In this document: positions 39,886 to 50,614 of the stretch, piece after piece | Position numbering within the stretch: the first letter of the stretch is position 1 | How the letters are laid out: each line of letters begins with the position of its first letter | Notes under the pieces: generated by a model | The model's database searches: none | What the model was told of the DNA's origin: nothing | Seen by the model: the letters and a program-made list of their open reading frames with translations, nothing else | Source: Candidatus Bathyarchaeota archaeon | Lineage (GTDB): Archaea; Thermoproteota; Bathyarchaeia; Bathyarchaeales; Bathycorpusculaceae | DNA length: 64,000 bases | Direction of reading: 5' to 3' | Assembly (NCBI GenBank): GCA_963780185.1 | Contig: CAWABA010000006.1 | Location: forward strand, 640,001 to 704,000 | Position numbers and translations under genes: made by a program

Positions 39886-41168
39886 AAGCTGTATTGTTAG
39901 CGGCTGGCGAAGGCGTAAGGCTCCAGCCCATAACTGCCACGCGCCCCAAACACCTCATCAAAGTAGGCGGCAAACCGATCCTACAATTCTGCCTAGAAGC
40001 GGTCAAGAACGCGGGAATAAGCGAGGCAGTCATAGTTACGCATTATATGGGAGATGCCATACGCCAATATTTTGGAAACGGCGAAAAACTCGGCTTAAAC
40101 ATTAGCTATGTTGAGCAAAAAGCGGTTCTCGGCACGGGAAACGCTGCGGCGGTTGCCGAGCCTAACGTGGATGGAGACTTTGTTCTGGTTTACGGGGATT
40201 TGCTTTTCGGCATAGATGCGGTGAAGGATACTCTGCGTCTGTTTGAACATGGCAAAACGGCGGCGGTAGTCGGCGTCGTCCCAGTTGATAACCCTGAAAG
40301 CTACGGAATAATTGCGTTGGATGAGAAGAAAAGGGTCAAAGGCATAGTTGAGAAGCCAGCTGCTGGAAAAGCACCGTCAAACCTAGCTAACGCAGGAGTC
40401 TACGTGTTTTCACCTGAAGTTTTTGACAAGATACGCCAAACCGAAGCCTCGGTCCGTGGCGAATGGGAATTAACGGACGCTTTTACGCTTCTTGCAAAGG
40501 AGGGCAAAACTGTTTTGGCTGCGGAGCTTTCGAAGGACGACTGGTTTGACGTGGGCAGACCATGGGATTTGCTGGACGCAAACAATTGGGCGCTCAAACG
40601 CATGGACCACAAAGTTTTAGGCACTGTTGAGCAGGGAGCCCACCTCATCGGGCAAGTCACGGTTGCAGAGTCTGCGCGCATACGTTCAGGCGCCTACATT
40701 GAAGGACCATGTTTCATTGATGACGAATGCGATGTCGGACCAAACTGCTACATCCGCCCAGGCACCAGCCTCGGCAGAAAAGTCCGCGTTGGAAACGCCT
40801 GCGAAATCAAAAACAGCATCATCATGGCTGGCACGCATGTCGGGCACCTATCCTACATCGGAGACAGCATCCTCGGCGAACACTGCAACCTTGGCGCGGG
40901 AACCGTAACGGCTAACTACCGCATGGACGCAGGCTCCATAAAAATGATGGTGAAAGACCAGATGGTCAACACGGGAAGAAGAAAACTCGGCGCAGTCTTC
41001 GGCGACAACGTAAAAACGGGGATTAAATCGCTGTTTATGCCAGGCGTAAAGGTCGGTGCGAACAGCTGGGTGGGACCAGGCTTCATGGTGGAACAAGACT
41101 TACCTGCCGACACAATCGCTTACCAAAAGCAAAACTGCAGCATACAAGAAAAGAAAAATAAGCAATAG
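39882..41168 (+). CDS. glmU: bifunctional sugar-1-phosphate nucleotidylyltransferase/acetyltransferase
   Basis: LAAGEGVRLQPIT..RPK, RGEWELTD, hexapeptide repeats, HLSYIGDS. Confidence 0.9.
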   Translation: MKAVLLAAGEGVRLQPITATRPKHLIKVGGKPILQFCLEAVKNAGISEAVIVTHYMGDAIRQYFGNGEKLGLNISYVEQKAVLGTGNAAAVAEPNVDGDFVLVYGDLLFGIDAVKDTLRLFEHGKTAAVVGVVPVDNPESYGIIALDEKKRVKGIVEKPAAGKAPSNLANAGVYVFSPEVFDKIRQTEASVRGEWELTDAFTLLAKEGKTVLAAELSKDDWFDVGRPWDLLDANNWALKRMDHKVLGTVEQGAHLIGQVTVAESARIRSGAYIEGPCFIDDECDVGPNCYIRPGTSLGRKVRVGNACEIKNSIIMAGTHVGHLSYIGDSILGEHCNLGAGTVTANYRMDAGSIKMMVKDQMVNTGRRKLGAVFGDNVKTGIKSLFMPGVKVGANSWVGPGFMVEQDLPADTIAYQKQNCSIQEKKNKQ

Positions 41169-42024
41169 GCAGAGTTCAAAAAGCTTGGAAACCCCGTTTT
41201 ATGAATTCTGAGTTCATAAAGCTTTAGAAGTAAATCCTCGTTTTTGGAATTGGGTCCAGAGGGAAATGCATTTGATGGTTCGCCATCACCTTTTGCATCT
41301 TCCGGAAAACTCTGGAACCCACTCCCGATAATCCAACGGTTAAGATTTTTACAAGTGTTGTTTTCTGCAGATTTCCTTTTTGTCGGCTTAGACATAGGCA
41401 AGACTGAATAAGGGTGCGAGACACTTGAGTGGTGATGGAAGGTCAGGAGGGCAATCAAAATAAAGAATAAAGCGAAAAATAAACCGAAAAGCGAAGTAAA
41501 AGGTCAAACAAAAAACAAAGGAAAAAAGACTTGGAAGCAACAATAAAGCTTCCTTGGGCAAGCAAAGTAAGCTTGGCCCATTTTTGGCGACACGTGAAAA
41601 CAGGGATAGCCCTGATGATTCAAAAATATGAAGACAATGTCTTCAGGCTTTTGCAATTTTGCTTTTGATTTGAAATTGAGCCTCTTTGCGCCCTTAACTA
41701 GAAGGCCGCTTGCGAGGATGTTGTCTTTCACTCTAAGAAACTATCTACTCTTTTAAAGTCATTTTAAATTGAATTGTAAACCTGTTTATCATCAATTATC
41801 CAATAACGATGACTCAGCTAATTCCCAGTCGAACCAGTACGATTAATTCTTTGTAATGGCATTAGCCATCCGCACCGATAAGGAAACAGAAAAATAAGCG
41901 AAAGCTCTAACGGAGTCAAAATCAACAAGACTAAAAAGCAAAACGACCTCTAAAATAATAAGCGACAGAGGAATAACTCGTTTCCGCAACAAGAACATCA
42001 TCATTCCAAGAAAATCAACTTCAT

Positions 42025-45021
42025 TTGCTTGTAGAAGACCTAAAGAAATGCAATCTTGAGCACTCTAATTTGAAGAGTAAGAAACAACTCCGCAGCATCT
42101 TAAAGTTCATTGGCATTGGCTTCTTGTTATACAGGGACATTGATAATCAACTCGTTGAGAACCAAACAAAGAAACTCTCACTGCTGAAAAATGCTTACCC
42201 GATCTCGAATGCGTACTCGGTTTACCTCAAAGTACAGCTCAACACAATCGAAAAAGCCAGTCGCTTTCTCTCAAGCTCAGAAGAGAACAACTGGTCTGCA
42301 TCCATAGAGTCAAGTAAAGCAGATATAAACTATCTTCTTTCTTTCCCAAACCAACAACAACTGTATGATACTGAGATTATAAGTCAATTAGACAACGGAA
42401 AACAGTTCTTACTGAACTTCAACTCAAACTTAGAGAAAGCTCAACTTAGAAACAGATTGCGTGAGTTGAAAAGCGACATCATAAAGGCAAAACAAGAATA
42501 CGATGAACTGTACCAAAGACCCTTTTACTTCTCAAAAAGTGAATCCCAAAAATGGCATAGCAACAATTCCTCTCTTAGAGACCCGATTAAAAACGCACTG
42601 AACAAAGGAATTGTCGGATTAGACTTTCAAGACTCTCTCCATCAACTCAGAGATGTTTTTGAAAATGGTGAAAGGCTAGTCACAGAACGAAACCAGCACT
42701 TCATTGAAAGCGAAATACGAAAGGAAGAACTCTTCCCACCAGTTGAAGGTCAAACCTTAACGGAAGAGCAAAGAAGAGCCATAGTCGTTGATGAAGCTAA
42801 CACTCTTGTTGTTGCTGGTGCTGGAACAGGAAAAACAACCGCACTTTTAGGAAAGGCTCAATACTTAATGGCAAAGGGGTTAGCTCCACCTCAAGAAGTA
42901 TTGATTGTATCCTTTTCAAAAGCTGTTGCTGAGGAAAATAATACCAAAATTAATCATAACAGAAAAAGGAAGTTTGAGGTAAGAGACTACCACAGTTTAG
43001 GATTAAAACTCATCAGAGAATCAGCAGATGACGTTCCGAGCGTTTCCAAAGTAGCTGAAGATAAAATAGCTAACTCAAGAACCCTTCTTGAACTAATAGA
43101 AGCAAGGATAGGTGAAAATAGCTTTACACAACTCATCACCAACTACTTCCTCTTCAACTTCCAAGAATACAAAACCGTTTTTGATTTCGAACAGGAAGGC
43201 GACTACTTTTACTACTTAAAGAACAATGAAATTAGAACTCTGCAAGGGCACCGAGTAAGAAGTCTTGAAGAGTGTGAAATCGCCAACTTCCTCTACATCA
43301 ACGGAGTGAAGTATGAATATGAAAAACCCTTCAAAACTCCAAATCAAAGCAACGAAAGGATGCCTTACAGACCCGACTTCACCCTAACAGAATATGACAT
43401 ATGCATCGAACACTTTGGCATCGATAAAAATAACAAGACTGCACCGTGGGTCAACCAAGAGCAATACCTAGCAGACATGAAATGGAAGATAGAACAACAC
43501 GACTCAAACAAACTAATCAAAACATACAGTTATGATAAACAGGAAGGTCAGTTAATAGAAAGACTCAAAAAAGAACTAATCACACATGGAGTTGTCTTCA
43601 ACAGAATCCCCAACGAAGACATATTCAAAGAACTAAACAAATGGAAAAGAGTCAACTCCTTTGCGTCTTTTCTCTCCAAGTTCCTCAACCTCTACAAATC
43701 AACAGGAAAAGACGTTGAAGTCCTAAAGCAACAAAGCAACTCTAAGAGAACAAGCGCATTCTTAGAAATATTCTCAATCATCTACCAAGACTATGATGAA
43801 CAGCTACGCAAGTATAACACCATTGACTTTAACGACATGATAAACAAAGCAACCAATTCAGTTCAGCAGAATAAAACCTATTCAAGATTCAAGTATATAC
43901 TCGTTGATGAATTCCAAGACACAACCCAAAGCCAATATCGATTACTCAAGGCACTTCTCGAACAGAATAATGCGCGACTCTTCTGTGTAGGTGACGATTG
44001 GCAATCCATAAACCGTTTTGCTGGTGGAGACCTCTCAGTAATGACCGAGTTCGAAGAGAACTTTGGAAGCTCCGAAAGAAACTTTATTCAAGAAACCCAC
44101 CGTTTCTGTGACAAACTATGCATCTTCTCATCGAAGTTCATTCTTGCTAATCCTAACCAAATTCCAAAAGAAATAACAAGTAAACAGAAGGAGACAGGAC
44201 CAGCAGTCACAATCGTCTCTGACTGGACTGAGATGGCACTCGAAAAGATACTAAACGAAATATCTCAAAACCCAAACAAGAAAACCACTGTCCTAATAAT
44301 GAATCGCTACAGAGACATCGGAAAACCCTCTAACTTGGAAACTCTTGCTAAGAACTATCCAAACCTCTCAATCAATTACTCAACGGTTCACAAAGCAAAA
44401 GGACTCACAGTTGATTATGGAATAGTCATAGGTTTGAGAGGTGGACTAATGGGTTTCCCATGCCAAATAGAAGATGACCCATTGCTAAACTTGGTTCATG
44501 CTTGTGATGAGTATTATCCACACGCAGAAGAGAGAAGACTCTTCTACGTAGCATTAACCAGAGCAAGAAAACACGTCTACTTAGTAGTTGACGACCCAAG
44601 CAATGTCTCACAATTCGTTAAGGAGATTCAAGATAATGGGTATGAAGTCAATGATAATCTGCATAGAACTAAGCCGATTAGGTGTCCAAAATGTAAAACA
44701 GGGTTAACGCTTTGGCGATTGAAGTCTACAATCCGACCAGATGATGTCTACAAAGGATGGGGAGAATGTAGTAATGCTTCTTACTGTGATTACAGACCGA
44801 GGACGTGTCCCGAATGCAGGAACGGTTTCTTGTACAAGGATGGCTTAAATTTCACTTGTTCTAACGAACAATGCACTTACACGGAAAAAGCATGTCCTGA
44901 CTGTGAAGACGGTCATCTTGTAGAGCGAACCAGAAGAAGAGACGGAGCGGTGTTTCTCGGATGCTCAAATTTTGGGATAAATGGTTGTCCACACACCGAA
45001 GAACTCCCTGATAAGGCTTAA
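42025..45021 (+). CDS. UvrD/helicase IV-like SF1 helicase with inserted PD-(D/E)xK-like domain and C-terminal zinc ribbons
   Basis: AGAGTGKT, VDEFQD, VGDDWQSI, STVHKAKG, EERRLFYVALTRA; RS.EE..IANFL..YEYE..Y.PDF..IEHFG insert; three Cys clusters. Confidence 0.9.
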   Translation: MLVEDLKKCNLEHSNLKSKKQLRSILKFIGIGFLLYRDIDNQLVENQTKKLSLLKNAYPISNAYSVYLKVQLNTIEKASRFLSSSEENNWSASIESSKADINYLLSFPNQQQLYDTEIISQLDNGKQFLLNFNSNLEKAQLRNRLRELKSDIIKAKQEYDELYQRPFYFSKSESQKWHSNNSSLRDPIKNALNKGIVGLDFQDSLHQLRDVFENGERLVTERNQHFIESEIRKEELFPPVEGQTLTEEQRRAIVVDEANTLVVAGAGTGKTTALLGKAQYLMAKGLAPPQEVLIVSFSKAVAEENNTKINHNRKRKFEVRDYHSLGLKLIRESADDVPSVSKVAEDKIANSRTLLELIEARIGENSFTQLITNYFLFNFQEYKTVFDFEQEGDYFYYLKNNEIRTLQGHRVRSLEECEIANFLYINGVKYEYEKPFKTPNQSNERMPYRPDFTLTEYDICIEHFGIDKNNKTAPWVNQEQYLADMKWKIEQHDSNKLIKTYSYDKQEGQLIERLKKELITHGVVFNRIPNEDIFKELNKWKRVNSFASFLSKFLNLYKSTGKDVEVLKQQSNSKRTSAFLEIFSIIYQDYDEQLRKYNTIDFNDMINKATNSVQQNKTYSRFKYILVDEFQDTTQSQYRLLKALLEQNNARLFCVGDDWQSINRFAGGDLSVMTEFEENFGSSERNFIQETHRFCDKLCIFSSKFILANPNQIPKEITSKQKETGPAVTIVSDWTEMALEKILNEISQNPNKKTTVLIMNRYRDIGKPSNLETLAKNYPNLSINYSTVHKAKGLTVDYGIVIGLRGGLMGFPCQIEDDPLLNLVHACDEYYPHAEERRLFYVALTRARKHVYLVVDDPSNVSQFVKEIQDNGYEVNDNLHRTKPIRCPKCKTGLTLWRLKSTIRPDDVYKGWGECSNASYCDYRPRTCPECRNGFLYKDGLNFTCSNEQCTYTEKACPDCEDGHLVERTRRRDGAVFLGCSNFGINGCPHTEELPDKA

Positions 45022-45216
45022 ACAACTCTCGCATACTTACCAGAGACATTTAAGCTCCGAGAGTGAATGGTTAAAGCCAAAATCGAGATAACGCCGAAGG
45101 ATGAAAAAACTGTCTATGACAGCTTGGTCAGAATTCAAGAGTTAGGCATACTGCACAAAAAAACCGCCCATATTCGACAATACGCGACAATAACTTTAAC
45201 ATAGCGTCAACATACA

Positions 45217-45345
45217 AAGTCGCAATCCGCCCATAGCAAAGTCGCAACTCGCAAGCAGGCTCCAGCCCCAAAGCAAAAAAGCAACCCAAAACATCAAAAG
45301 CCAACGCGGGAAGTCGCAACTTTCACCAAACCAAAAGTCGCAACT
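45217..45345 (+). repeat. four direct repeats AAGTCGCAA(C/T)
   Basis: Copies start at 45217, 45239, 45311 and 45335. Confidence 0.75.
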
Positions 45346-45483
45346 TATTTATTTTCACAAAAAAACCAAAAAACCAGCGCTTCCACGAAACGAAATCAAG
45401 CATGCAACCGTTTTCTAGCGTTTAAGGCGTATTAAAGATAAATACTGGTAATGCAATCTCGTATCCGTAAGGAGAAAATAAAT

Positions 45484-45906
45484 TTGTCTGTAGCGCAAAG
45501 AAAGTATTTCACTGAAGTCTCATTACTCGCAGATAAAACAGTTTCTGTAGCAACTAATAACGGAAAAATATTCATCGGCACACTCCTCGGCATCAACCCA
45601 GACAACATGAGTCTCGTTCTAGCTGACGCAAGGGACGAAGCTGGAAAAACACTTCACCGGCTTTTCCTGAACGGAAGCGGGGTTTCTCAAATTTCAAGCG
45701 CAGAAAAACCCTTCGACCTCAAAGCCTTAGCCACAAGACTTGAAAAAGTCTTTCCGACTATGGTTAAACTGTACGAGGACAAGGGCTTCATCTGGGTCAT
45801 GGACAAAGTGAAACTGACGGAAAAAGGCGTCATTGAAGGTTCAGGTCCAGCAGCCGACCGAGTACAAAAGGTTTACGACCAGTTCATGAGCGAAGTTAAA
45901 CCCTAA
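45484..45906 (+). CDS. Lsm family RNA-binding protein with C-terminal domain (SmAP3-like)
   Basis: Sm1-like G.L.G.....SLVLADA, LNGS, extended C-domain; TTG start. Confidence 0.85.
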   Translation: MSVAQRKYFTEVSLLADKTVSVATNNGKIFIGTLLGINPDNMSLVLADARDEAGKTLHRLFLNGSGVSQISSAEKPFDLKALATRLEKVFPTMVKLYEDKGFIWVMDKVKLTEKGVIEGSGPAADRVQKVYDQFMSEVKP

Positions 45907-46652
45907 ATAAACCAGCGCAACTGCTCTTCTTCTTTCTTCTTTTCTTCTGTAATGCTTCTAATGATGCCGAATGATTCTAGGACCTTTTTGATTTCATCGC
46001 CGGTCTCCTCCAGACGAGACATATCCACATTTAGATTAAGGTACTTTCCCAAAGTAATCAACGCGTAGCGAGCAGCGTTCACATCGGGATTCATGCCAGG
46101 CGTGTCAACAAGCAAAGAGAAACCTTTCAAATCCCTAACTCTCGCTAAACCAATGGATAACCCCGCGATACCGAAAACATGCCCAACCATCACCTTCGTT
46201 CCTAAATCAAGCGCCACCTGCATCGTATCCAAGTCTGTGGCTGTGCTGTAGATTCCAGGCACAGGTTGAGCCTCGTCTTTTTTGAAGCCGCCGATCGAAA
46301 TTACAAAGCGACATCCGAACTCCTGAGCTAAATCAAGAACCTTGCCGACAAGCTCATACTGCCCCACAGTCGTCAGCGCCTGAGTGTTACCGTACCAGAT
46401 AATCAAGTCGCGACCGCCCTCCAGTTTGGCGTAGTAGAGTTCGTTTCCAGGCGAAAGTGCTTTACCGTCTCCAGTGGTTACCGCGAAATCCTGAAAGGAC
46501 GACGAAAAAATCTGAACGAACCGGGTAGCTTTTAGCTCTTTTATCAAGTGGAGTGCTGCGATGTTTGCTACGAATCCTATACCAGGCAATCCTTCGATGA
46601 GGATTGGGTCGTTTAGTTTCGGTTTTTCGCTGATGTCGATGGAGCAGACCAT
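45903..46652 (-). CDS. PAC2 family proteasome assembly chaperone
   Basis: LIEGLPGIGFVANIAA.HLI, ISIGG, GIAGL, PDVNAA. Confidence 0.88.
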   Translation of the reverse strand: MVCSIDISEKPKLNDPILIEGLPGIGFVANIAALHLIKELKATRFVQIFSSSFQDFAVTTGDGKALSPGNELYYAKLEGGRDLIIWYGNTQALTTVGQYELVGKVLDLAQEFGCRFVISIGGFKKDEAQPVPGIYSTATDLDTMQVALDLGTKVMVGHVFGIAGLSIGLARVRDLKGFSLLVDTPGMNPDVNAARYALITLGKYLNLNVDMSRLEETGDEIKKVLESFGIIRSITEEKKKEEEQLRWFI

Positions 46653-46983
46653 GGTTAACATCTCTTTTGTCAAGTATAGACAAACTTTGCGATATAAGGA
46701 TGCTGACATTTCGGATAAAGACGTTCGAAACTGCAACCCCGTTGCCCTTCAGGTTTTTTGAAAAGAAGGAAAAACCTCTTCATCATCAACATCATCAACA
46801 ACAATGGCAGGGCTGCTTAGAAGAGGAAACACCAAATAGCAAACAAGAAGCATCAGGGCAATAGCTTTTCCACAGTGCGGAGCTTGTGCAAAATAAATCA
46901 GCATGGTTTTCTTTAAGTTGCAACATGCTCCAGAGGTAAGAAAGGCATATAAGAGCTAGGGGTGAAACGGTAATAGACCAGCT

Positions 46984-48252
46984 ATGCATATGCAAAAAAC
47001 ATCTGTCGCCCGCATTGTTCTTCTAACGCTGATGCTGCTTGCCGCTGTTTCTCCCGTTTTCATCGCTAAATCAGATGCGCAAACCAACCAGAATTACTGG
47101 GTAACGGTGAAGCCGACAGGTGGCTCTCAAATGTACACTACGGTTGATAGAAATTGGACCTTATCGTTTGAGGCGCGGTGGAGCTACGGTAACAGTTCTG
47201 GTCAACTCATCAGCAACGCGGTGGTCACAATGAAGGTTTCTGGAGCGTCGGAGGGATCGTTAGGTACGCTTCAGCTGAACACGACTTCTGGAAACTTTGT
47301 CTTCAACTATTCTTCATCCGTCGCCGACAAAATAACTTTTACACCCACCCAATTAAAAACACAGGATGGAACAAAATATGCTTCCGCCCTTGTGACAGAT
47401 AGTGGGGCAGAGGCTTACGGTTTGCAATCGGCAGCGGTTACAGTTTGGTGGGATACCTTCCATGTGTCTGCAACAAAAGCGAACACAAGCAGCTCGAAGA
47501 CAGTCGACGTGTCAGTGAACGTAACCTATCTGCTGCTCCCTCAAGAAGGCTTAACCCTGCCCGCACAAGACACCTATTCAAACCAGACAGTCCTGCCCAA
47601 GATAGCAAGTGGCGCTGACGTAACCATTAATGGGATTAAAGCCCAAGAAACTGGATCAACAGGCGTCTACTCAGCACAGACCTCCACAATATTCCCCTCA
47701 GCCTACCTGCTGGTAGCAGTTTCACAAAACGGGTGGACAACAACCCAAACAGCGTTCAGCTTCACCCAGAAAGCAAACCAAGCAATCTGGAACTACGCAA
47801 TAATAATCATCGTTATCCTTGCCGCTGCATCGTTAACGCTGTACTTTTTTATGCATAAAAAGCCCAATCAACCTTCTTCATCGCCAAACCGACCAATGCT
47901 TCCCTTAATCGGCGGCGTTTTGCTGCTGGCGACTTCTGTTGTCAGCCTTTACTGGGGCGCCCTTGCAATTGAAGCCTCATCACATGGGTTTAGCTGGCTT
48001 ATTTTGGCAGTAACGGGTGTAAGCTCCTTCGCCGTGGGTGTTTTAGGCGGCGTTATGGCTTTGAGGCGGAAGAATCAGGCATTAGCTATCTTTGCCGCAT
48101 GCATCCCGTTGACAGTTAACGTCAGCATGGTGACTTATGCGCTTGGCGCTTACTCCTTAGCGGTTCCGTGGGTATTCATTTTCGCGTCAACTCTCGCTTC
48201 CATAATAAGCGGGGTGTTGATTGCACGCTTTGATGACCAATTCCCAAAATGA
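46984..48252 (+). CDS. secreted-domain membrane protein
   Basis: Signal peptide, S/T-rich beta ectodomain, five C-terminal TM helices. Confidence 0.78.
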   Translation: MHMQKTSVARIVLLTLMLLAAVSPVFIAKSDAQTNQNYWVTVKPTGGSQMYTTVDRNWTLSFEARWSYGNSSGQLISNAVVTMKVSGASEGSLGTLQLNTTSGNFVFNYSSSVADKITFTPTQLKTQDGTKYASALVTDSGAEAYGLQSAAVTVWWDTFHVSATKANTSSSKTVDVSVNVTYLLLPQEGLTLPAQDTYSNQTVLPKIASGADVTINGIKAQETGSTGVYSAQTSTIFPSAYLLVAVSQNGWTTTQTAFSFTQKANQAIWNYAIIIIVILAAASLTLYFFMHKKPNQPSSSPNRPMLPLIGGVLLLATSVVSLYWGALAIEASSHGFSWLILAVTGVSSFAVGVLGGVMALRRKNQALAIFAACIPLTVNVSMVTYALGAYSLAVPWVFIFASTLASIISGVLIARFDDQFPK

Positions 48253-48378
48253 CCAATGGCATTTGCGCTCAATAATAGTTAGATGAATCAAAAGCATTTT
48301 TCAATCAAACCAGCCACGTAGGTTTGCGGGCTAGTTGTTTTTTATAGGCGAGCCGTGATTCTTGTTTAGGCTTCAACC

Positions 48379-50004
48379 TTGAGTTTCGAAATAAAACAGA
48401 AAGACCTGCTGGGTAGAATAGGTAGACTGAAAACTAAAAGCGCAACAGTGGAAACCCCACTTCTGTACCCCGTAATTAACCCCAGCATCCAACTTGTGAC
48501 GCCCAAGAAACTTAAGGAAACATTCGGGTTTGAAGCTGTCATAACAAACTCCTATATAATCAGAAAACGCTTCGGCGACAAAGTCATCGACGAAGGCTTA
48601 CACAAGTTTCTGGGTTACGACGGCGCCATCATGACTGATTCCGGAGCGTACCAAATTCTTGTCTACGGCGAAGTTGAGGTGAGCCAGAAGGAAATTGTGG
48701 CTTATCAGGAAGGCATAGGCAGCGACATCGCCACCATGCTTGACATACCGACAGGCTGGAAAATAACAAAAGAGCAAGCGCAGGTTACTGTGGATGAAAC
48801 GCTGCGGAGGGCAAAAGACTTCTTCAAAATCAAGACCCGCGACGACATCTTGTGGGTTGGTCCAGTGCAGGGTGGAAGGCATCTGGATTTGGTGGCTAAC
48901 TCAGCGGTTGAAATGGGAAAACTTCCCTTTCAAATCCACGCGTTGGGAAGCCCCACGGAAGTGATGGAAAGCTACCGTTACGACGTCTTGGCAGACATGA
49001 TTTTAACCGCTAAAAAAGGCTTACCTGTTGACCGCCCGCTTCATCTGTTCGGCGCAGGGCACCCAGCCATGTTCTCTTTGGCTGTGGCTCTAGGATGCGA
49101 CCTTTTCGACTCAGCCGCCTACGCCCTGTACGCCCGCGAAGACCGCTACATGACTGACACCGGCACATGGCGGCTTGCAGAGCTAGATTACTTCCCATGC
49201 TGCTGTCCCCGATGCTCAACCGAAACTCCAAAGAGCTTACTGAAAAAGCCGAAGGAGGAGCGGGAAGTTTTCTTAGCTGAACATAACCTTTACGTTTGTA
49301 TGGCGGAGCTCAAAAGCATCAAACAAGCCATCAGGGACGGCAGACTGTGGGAGCATACAGAGATGCGGGTCCACGGTCACCCAGCGCTGCTTTCAGCCCT
49401 CAAAAAACTCCGCAGCCACGCTGACTTCCTTGAAACGTTCAGCCCCACAGTTAAAAGCAGCGGATTCTTCTATTTCGACTCCGTCGGACTGGCACGTCCC
49501 GAAATCACCCATTACCGCAAACGCATAGCCGAACGCTACGACCCGCCTAAAAAAGCCAAAGTTCTCTTCCTCGTACCCCAAACAAGAAACAAGCCTTTCC
49601 ACAAAGCGCCCGAGTTCAAGAAGATTAGGCAGCTTTTCCGAATTTTAGGCGAGGAGTTGGCGCGGCAAGTTCACGTTTGCGTTTACGCTGCCCCATTCGG
49701 GGTTATCCCGTTGGAGCTTGACGAGGTTTACCCGCTGAGCCAGCATGAGACTGCGTTGCCGCTTGACTTGGAAACCGGGAATTACGTGGCTGACCAAACG
49801 GCTGAATACATTAAACGTTCATCTTATGCAGGTGTGGTTTTGCTTAATGACCCTAAACTCTGGCAGGACAAGGTTAAATCGGCAACGGCAGCAGCTTGCG
49901 ACGTGAAAGGGTTGCTGTTTGACTCGGTTGACGCGGATGCAGGGAAGACCCAAGAGGTCATAGTTCGCCTAGAAAACATTTTGCGGAAGCAGTTAAGCGA
50001 ATAG
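48379..50004 (+). CDS. tgtA: archaeosine tRNA-guanine(15) transglycosylase
   Basis: VETP..PVINP, MTDSGAYQ, GPVQGG, HLFGAGHP, DLFDSAAY, CCCPRC..HNL. Confidence 0.93.
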   Translation: MSFEIKQKDLLGRIGRLKTKSATVETPLLYPVINPSIQLVTPKKLKETFGFEAVITNSYIIRKRFGDKVIDEGLHKFLGYDGAIMTDSGAYQILVYGEVEVSQKEIVAYQEGIGSDIATMLDIPTGWKITKEQAQVTVDETLRRAKDFFKIKTRDDILWVGPVQGGRHLDLVANSAVEMGKLPFQIHALGSPTEVMESYRYDVLADMILTAKKGLPVDRPLHLFGAGHPAMFSLAVALGCDLFDSAAYALYAREDRYMTDTGTWRLAELDYFPCCCPRCSTETPKSLLKKPKEEREVFLAEHNLYVCMAELKSIKQAIRDGRLWEHTEMRVHGHPALLSALKKLRSHADFLETFSPTVKSSGFFYFDSVGLARPEITHYRKRIAERYDPPKKAKVLFLVPQTRNKPFHKAPEFKKIRQLFRILGEELARQVHVCVYAAPFGVIPLELDEVYPLSQHETALPLDLETGNYVADQTAEYIKRSSYAGVVLLNDPKLWQDKVKSATAAACDVKGLLFDSVDADAGKTQEVIVRLENILRKQLSE

Positions 50005-50058
50005 CCTAAGTACAGAAATAAGGCGTTTTATGATCCAGCCCATTATTTTGAAGGTATC

Positions 50059-50466
50059 TCATTTTCCTACTTGTGAAAAAGGTGTAATTGTTACCTGCGT
50101 CGGTTCATATTTTTGGCAAAGACAACTACCCGATTTCTGGCTTTTTTCGCAATACAAGTAACTTTTGTTGTGATCATTTCTGGGATGCCCGCATTTGCAC
50201 ATTTTCGAATCTATGAATGTAAGTTCCGAAGCCTCGAATGTTGCGTCGCAGTTTTGACATTTATCCCCCTTTTTACCTGTAGAATCTATAATAACATCAG
50301 AGCTGATGGACCAGTAGCCGCATAACGGGCAATAACCATTAGATTCTTTGTCCAGTTTTTTAATTGCGTGTGCTTTAGGATCAGGGAGATTTTTCAACAT
50401 CCAATAATAAGTAAATAGCGAGCGATCAAAGTCAGATGACATTAAATTCCTCAACATGGTAATCAT
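50059..50466 (-). CDS. Cys/His-rich zinc-finger hypothetical protein
   Basis: CPLC, CQNC, CKCGH..H, C..C.C; AT-rich. Confidence 0.65.
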   Translation of the reverse strand: MITMLRNLMSSDFDRSLFTYYWMLKNLPDPKAHAIKKLDKESNGYCPLCGYWSISSDVIIDSTGKKGDKCQNCDATFEASELTFIDSKMCKCGHPRNDHNKSYLYCEKSQKSGSCLCQKYEPTQVTITPFSQVGK

Positions 50467-50614
50467 AATTGTTCTTTTAATTATTCCTACGAGTGAGTCG
50501 GTAAACTATATAGATTTCCATTTCTCGCTGTACCATCATGAACCAATCTTTTTTCAGCTAGCGCAACCTAATTGACTTTAGACTCTAGTCTTAAAGCATT
50601 AATGGTGAGGAAAC

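Noticed and set aside
41120-42020. Short ORFs upstream of the helicase
   Set aside because: Fragmentary hydrophobic stretches, probably decayed genes; no family could be assigned
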